A stretch of DNA of 62,584 bases, filler included, from a bacterium (GTDB lineage: Bacteria; JALSQH01), in assembly GCA_027004335.1 (NCBI GenBank). It is 9 parts of 9 records of this genome, joined end to end, with 100 filler letters (N's around TTAATTAATTAA, not from the genome) between each part and the next. Parts side by side here need not be neighbours in the genome. Positions count along the whole stretch, not along the records: positions 59,958 to 62,584 come from JALTID010000189.1; 8 more parts are not named here. One strand, 5' to 3'. Shown piece after piece: positions 60,302-62,584 of this stretch. The translations under genes and the position numbers were made by a program. Position 1 is the first letter of the stretch; each line of letters begins with the position of its first letter. Below the pieces are notes generated by a model. That model was given only the letters and a program-made list of their open reading frames with translations. It searched no databases and had not been told where the DNA came from.

Positions 60302-61725
60302 TTCTTATCTCTCAAAAGGAAGTTACCTACTGATTGTCTGTTTAATTGGTTAGTTCCTTCATAGATCTGGACGAGTTTTGCGTCCCTGTATAGCTTCTGA
60401 GCTCCCAGCCAGTGTGCATCATCAGAGGGTTTTATTATATCAAGAGCTCTTGATGCAACCCAGACCGCTGTATCTGATCCAATTACTTTTGCAGAAGATG
60501 CCAGTTTAAACTGAGCATCTAATTTACCACTTGTAACGATATAATCAAAGTATCTGTCAAGAGTTTTACCTCCAAGTCGGTGGAGTTTTTCAAGGATATT
60601 TTCTCTTCTTAGAAATGGTGAAATAACTGGTTTGAAAATGCTGCTCCCATCCATGATGGATCTGGGAGGGAGAAGTAACCTATCAAAATTGTTTGTAGCC
60701 TCTAAATATGCGAGCCTGGCTTCTCTTACTCTGTTGAACATTTCTATTAGAAGTTCTCTTATGATAGGATTTCTTATGCTTCTTGAGTACGATATATCCT
60801 CCTGCATCGCATAGTCTGCTGCAAGACGAAATGCTCCAAGAGCAATTCCAGTTGAGATAGCTCCCACAGGACCTCTTGAAGCTGCTAAAATTAATTTTGA
60901 CATTATTCTTCCAGAGCCCACCTTCCCAATAACATTTCCCATGGGTATAAAAACAGTATCAAATTCAAGTTCTGCTACTGGACATGCTACCTGGCCCATT
61001 TTATATTCTGTTCTTGCAACATTAAATCCTTCGGCATCTGATGGGACGATGAATGTTGACCATGTTTCCTTTCCTCTTTTCTTATCTGTAGCTGCTTTTA
61101 CAACAATATATTTTGCAATACTTCCATTTGAAATGAAAACCTTCCTTCCTGTTAATTCAAATCCTCCCAATACTGGTTTTGCCTCGCAGGTAAGAGTTCC
61201 CCTTTCTAACCCCTCATCATGTTCCACATCACTTCCTGCAGAGGGTTCTGTTATTGCCCATGCAAAAAGAACTGGTTCCCCCTCCTTTTCCTTTCTTGTA
61301 GCTTCTCCTAAATATCTCTCCCAGATGTCAATGTTGAAAGAAAAAACGATCCCTGCAGCTCCCAGGGAGCTTGCACCAAAAATGTTTGCTATACCAGGGC
61401 AAGCAGCAGATAGTTCCTCCATAAGTACAGCAAATTCTGCAGTAAGACCACCTTTTCCTCCAAATAATTTAGGATACATGAAAGAAAGATACCCTCTTCT
61501 CATGCCCTCCCTGATTATGTCCCAAGGAACATAGTTGTGATCATCTTCTTTAATGATCCAGTCAATCTGGAGGGCTCTTGGAAGAATGAATTTTTCTGCG
61601 AAATCTCTGGCATCTTCCCTTATTTTTTTTATTTTTCCAGATATATATTTTTCACACAGGTGATTTATCTCAGGTGTAAAAATCTTTTCTTCAGAATATA
61701 CCGGAGGGATGGCTGGTATTATCAT
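60298..61725 (-). CDS. Acyl-CoA dehydrogenase
   Basis: AITEPSAGSD, GRKVFISNG, KMGQ, YRDAKLVQIYEGTNQ. Confidence 0.92.
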   Translation of the reverse strand: MIIPAIPPVYSEEKIFTPEINHLCEKYISGKIKKIREDARDFAEKFILPRALQIDWIIKEDDHNYVPWDIIREGMRRGYLSFMYPKLFGGKGGLTAEFAVLMEELSAACPGIANIFGASSLGAAGIVFSFNIDIWERYLGEATRKEKEGEPVLFAWAITEPSAGSDVEHDEGLERGTLTCEAKPVLGGFELTGRKVFISNGSIAKYIVVKAATDKKRGKETWSTFIVPSDAEGFNVARTEYKMGQVACPVAELEFDTVFIPMGNVIGKVGSGRIMSKLILAASRGPVGAISTGIALGAFRLAADYAMQEDISYSRSIRNPIIRELLIEMFNRVREARLAYLEATNNFDRLLLPPRSIMDGSSIFKPVISPFLRRENILEKLHRLGGKTLDRYFDYIVTSGKLDAQFKLASSAKVIGSDTAVWVASRALDIIKPSDDAHWLGAQKLYRDAKLVQIYEGTNQLNRQSVGNFLLRDKK

Positions 61726-62584
61726 GTTATTTCCTTTTTTAGAAAAGTTTCCACTGCACTGCTACTGTAAAGCTGGTCTAACTTGCTTTTTATCTCATTT
61801 TCAATTTCTTCAGGTATCTTGAAGAGAAGTTCTGTATTTCTATCTTCGGGATTTCCTGGACCACAGTCAACAGCATCCCCGATCTGCATTTCCAGAAGTG
61901 CCAGTTCTCTTGATTTGTATGTCATACAGCCCTCGGGAGAATTGTGGTCAAACATAGTACTGAGTATTGAACCTGTTCCGTCACCATTATACACAATTTC
62001 AATTATTCTCCCCTGTTGCGGAAAATCTATTAAAGAGGATGTCTGAACTTCCCAGTAACCATTTGTTCCATCATCATTGAGATGGTAATCAATTCTGTTA
62101 AGGTGGCCGTGTCCAACCAGATGCATAATAACATGAGGATACTGAAGAAGGGTATTTATTATTTCATCTTTTGTGACTTCAGAATCCTTAATGTGATAAC
62201 TGGCATGGTGACTTGTGATAATAACCAATTTTTTATCCTCTTGGGCCTTTTCAATTGCTGGGATCACCTTGTTTTCCCATTGATCTTTACTCATATATCC
62301 ATTGGCACTTCCATTGTTAATGTCGTATGTGTCCATGGCAATAATTCTTATCAGTCCCTTTCCAGGGTCCACTGTATAGAACCCGACTTTATCATCCGGG
62401 CTGAGAAATCCATGTCCCTTGGGGTTTGATGATGTGTTGAAAAATTCTTTAATGTAAGGAGAAGCATCCTGATCCATTTCTACTTTTGTGCCTAAGAGAT
62501 GTCTGTTTGGATCGGCGGGAACCTCAGTATTGGCAGGAATTTTAGGAGCATCTGGTTTTGAACCATCCTGGGTTCCACCATATA
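61722..62584 (-). CDS. Calcineurin-like metallophosphoesterase (TIGR03767/TIGR03768-like), 5' part outside the window
   Basis: Frame open to the window end (VPADPNR); IAMDT, SHH, GHGHLN, WEVQTSSLIDFPQQGR.IE. Confidence 0.78.
   Translation of the reverse strand, partial: YGGTQDGSKPDAPKIPANTEVPADPNRHLLGTKVEMDQDASPYIKEFFNTSSNPKGHGFLSPDDKVGFYTVDPGKGLIRIIAMDTYDINNGSANGYMSKDQWENKVIPAIEKAQEDKKLVIITSHHASYHIKDSEVTKDEIINTLLQYPHVIMHLVGHGHLNRIDYHLNDDGTNGYWEVQTSSLIDFPQQGRIIEIVYNGDGTGSILSTMFDHNSPEGCMTYKSRELALLEMQIGDAVDCGPGNPEDRNTELLFKIPEEIENEIKSKLDQLYSSSAVETFLKKEIT

Noticed and set aside
1..62584. CRISPR arrays, rRNA, riboswitches, prophage, intact IS elements
   Set aside because: No regularly spaced repeats, rRNA-like tracts, recognisable riboswitch cores, phage genes or terminal inverted repeats were seen by eye; a covariance-model scan was not possible.

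Overview
This window is not contiguous genome. It is nine assembly contigs joined by artificial 100-bp linkers (44 N + TTAATTAATTAA + 44 N): 1-8225, 8326-16485, 16586-24738, 24839-32958, 33059-35736, 35837-43809, 43910-51861, 51962-59857 and 59958-62584. Gene neighbourhoods are meaningful only within a contig. The DNA is AT-rich and gene-dense, from a diderm bacterium (six-domain S1, NlpD/SurE, FadL-like protein, IHF). A thermophilic, anaerobic delta-proteobacteria-like metagenome-assembled genome is my guess, not shown by the sequence. Housekeeping blocks: pheA-hisC-tyrA-aroA-cmk-ispH-rpsA; infC-rpmI-rplT-pheST-ihfA-merR-tRNA-Pro-surE-yqaA-nlpD; pyrR-pyrB-pyrC-carA; S2P-trpS-scpAB; secA-argJ; aroK. 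Accessory content: a TaqI-family restriction-modification pair with apparently altered recognition loops; a decayed MNT-HEPN toxin-antitoxin pair inside the pyr operon that the ORF track misses; an Rpn fragment; WtpABC tungstate and ZnuACB-type transporters; large surface lipoproteins, two behind sigma54-type promoter motifs; a B12 mutase with isobutyryl-CoA mutase signature residues; and several lipid-catabolism-like clusters (SDR-CPBP-SDR-FadL, GMC oxidoreductase, phosphoesterase-ACAD pair). No rRNA, CRISPR array or prophage was seen. All family assignments are by motif recognition from memory; no database search was run.
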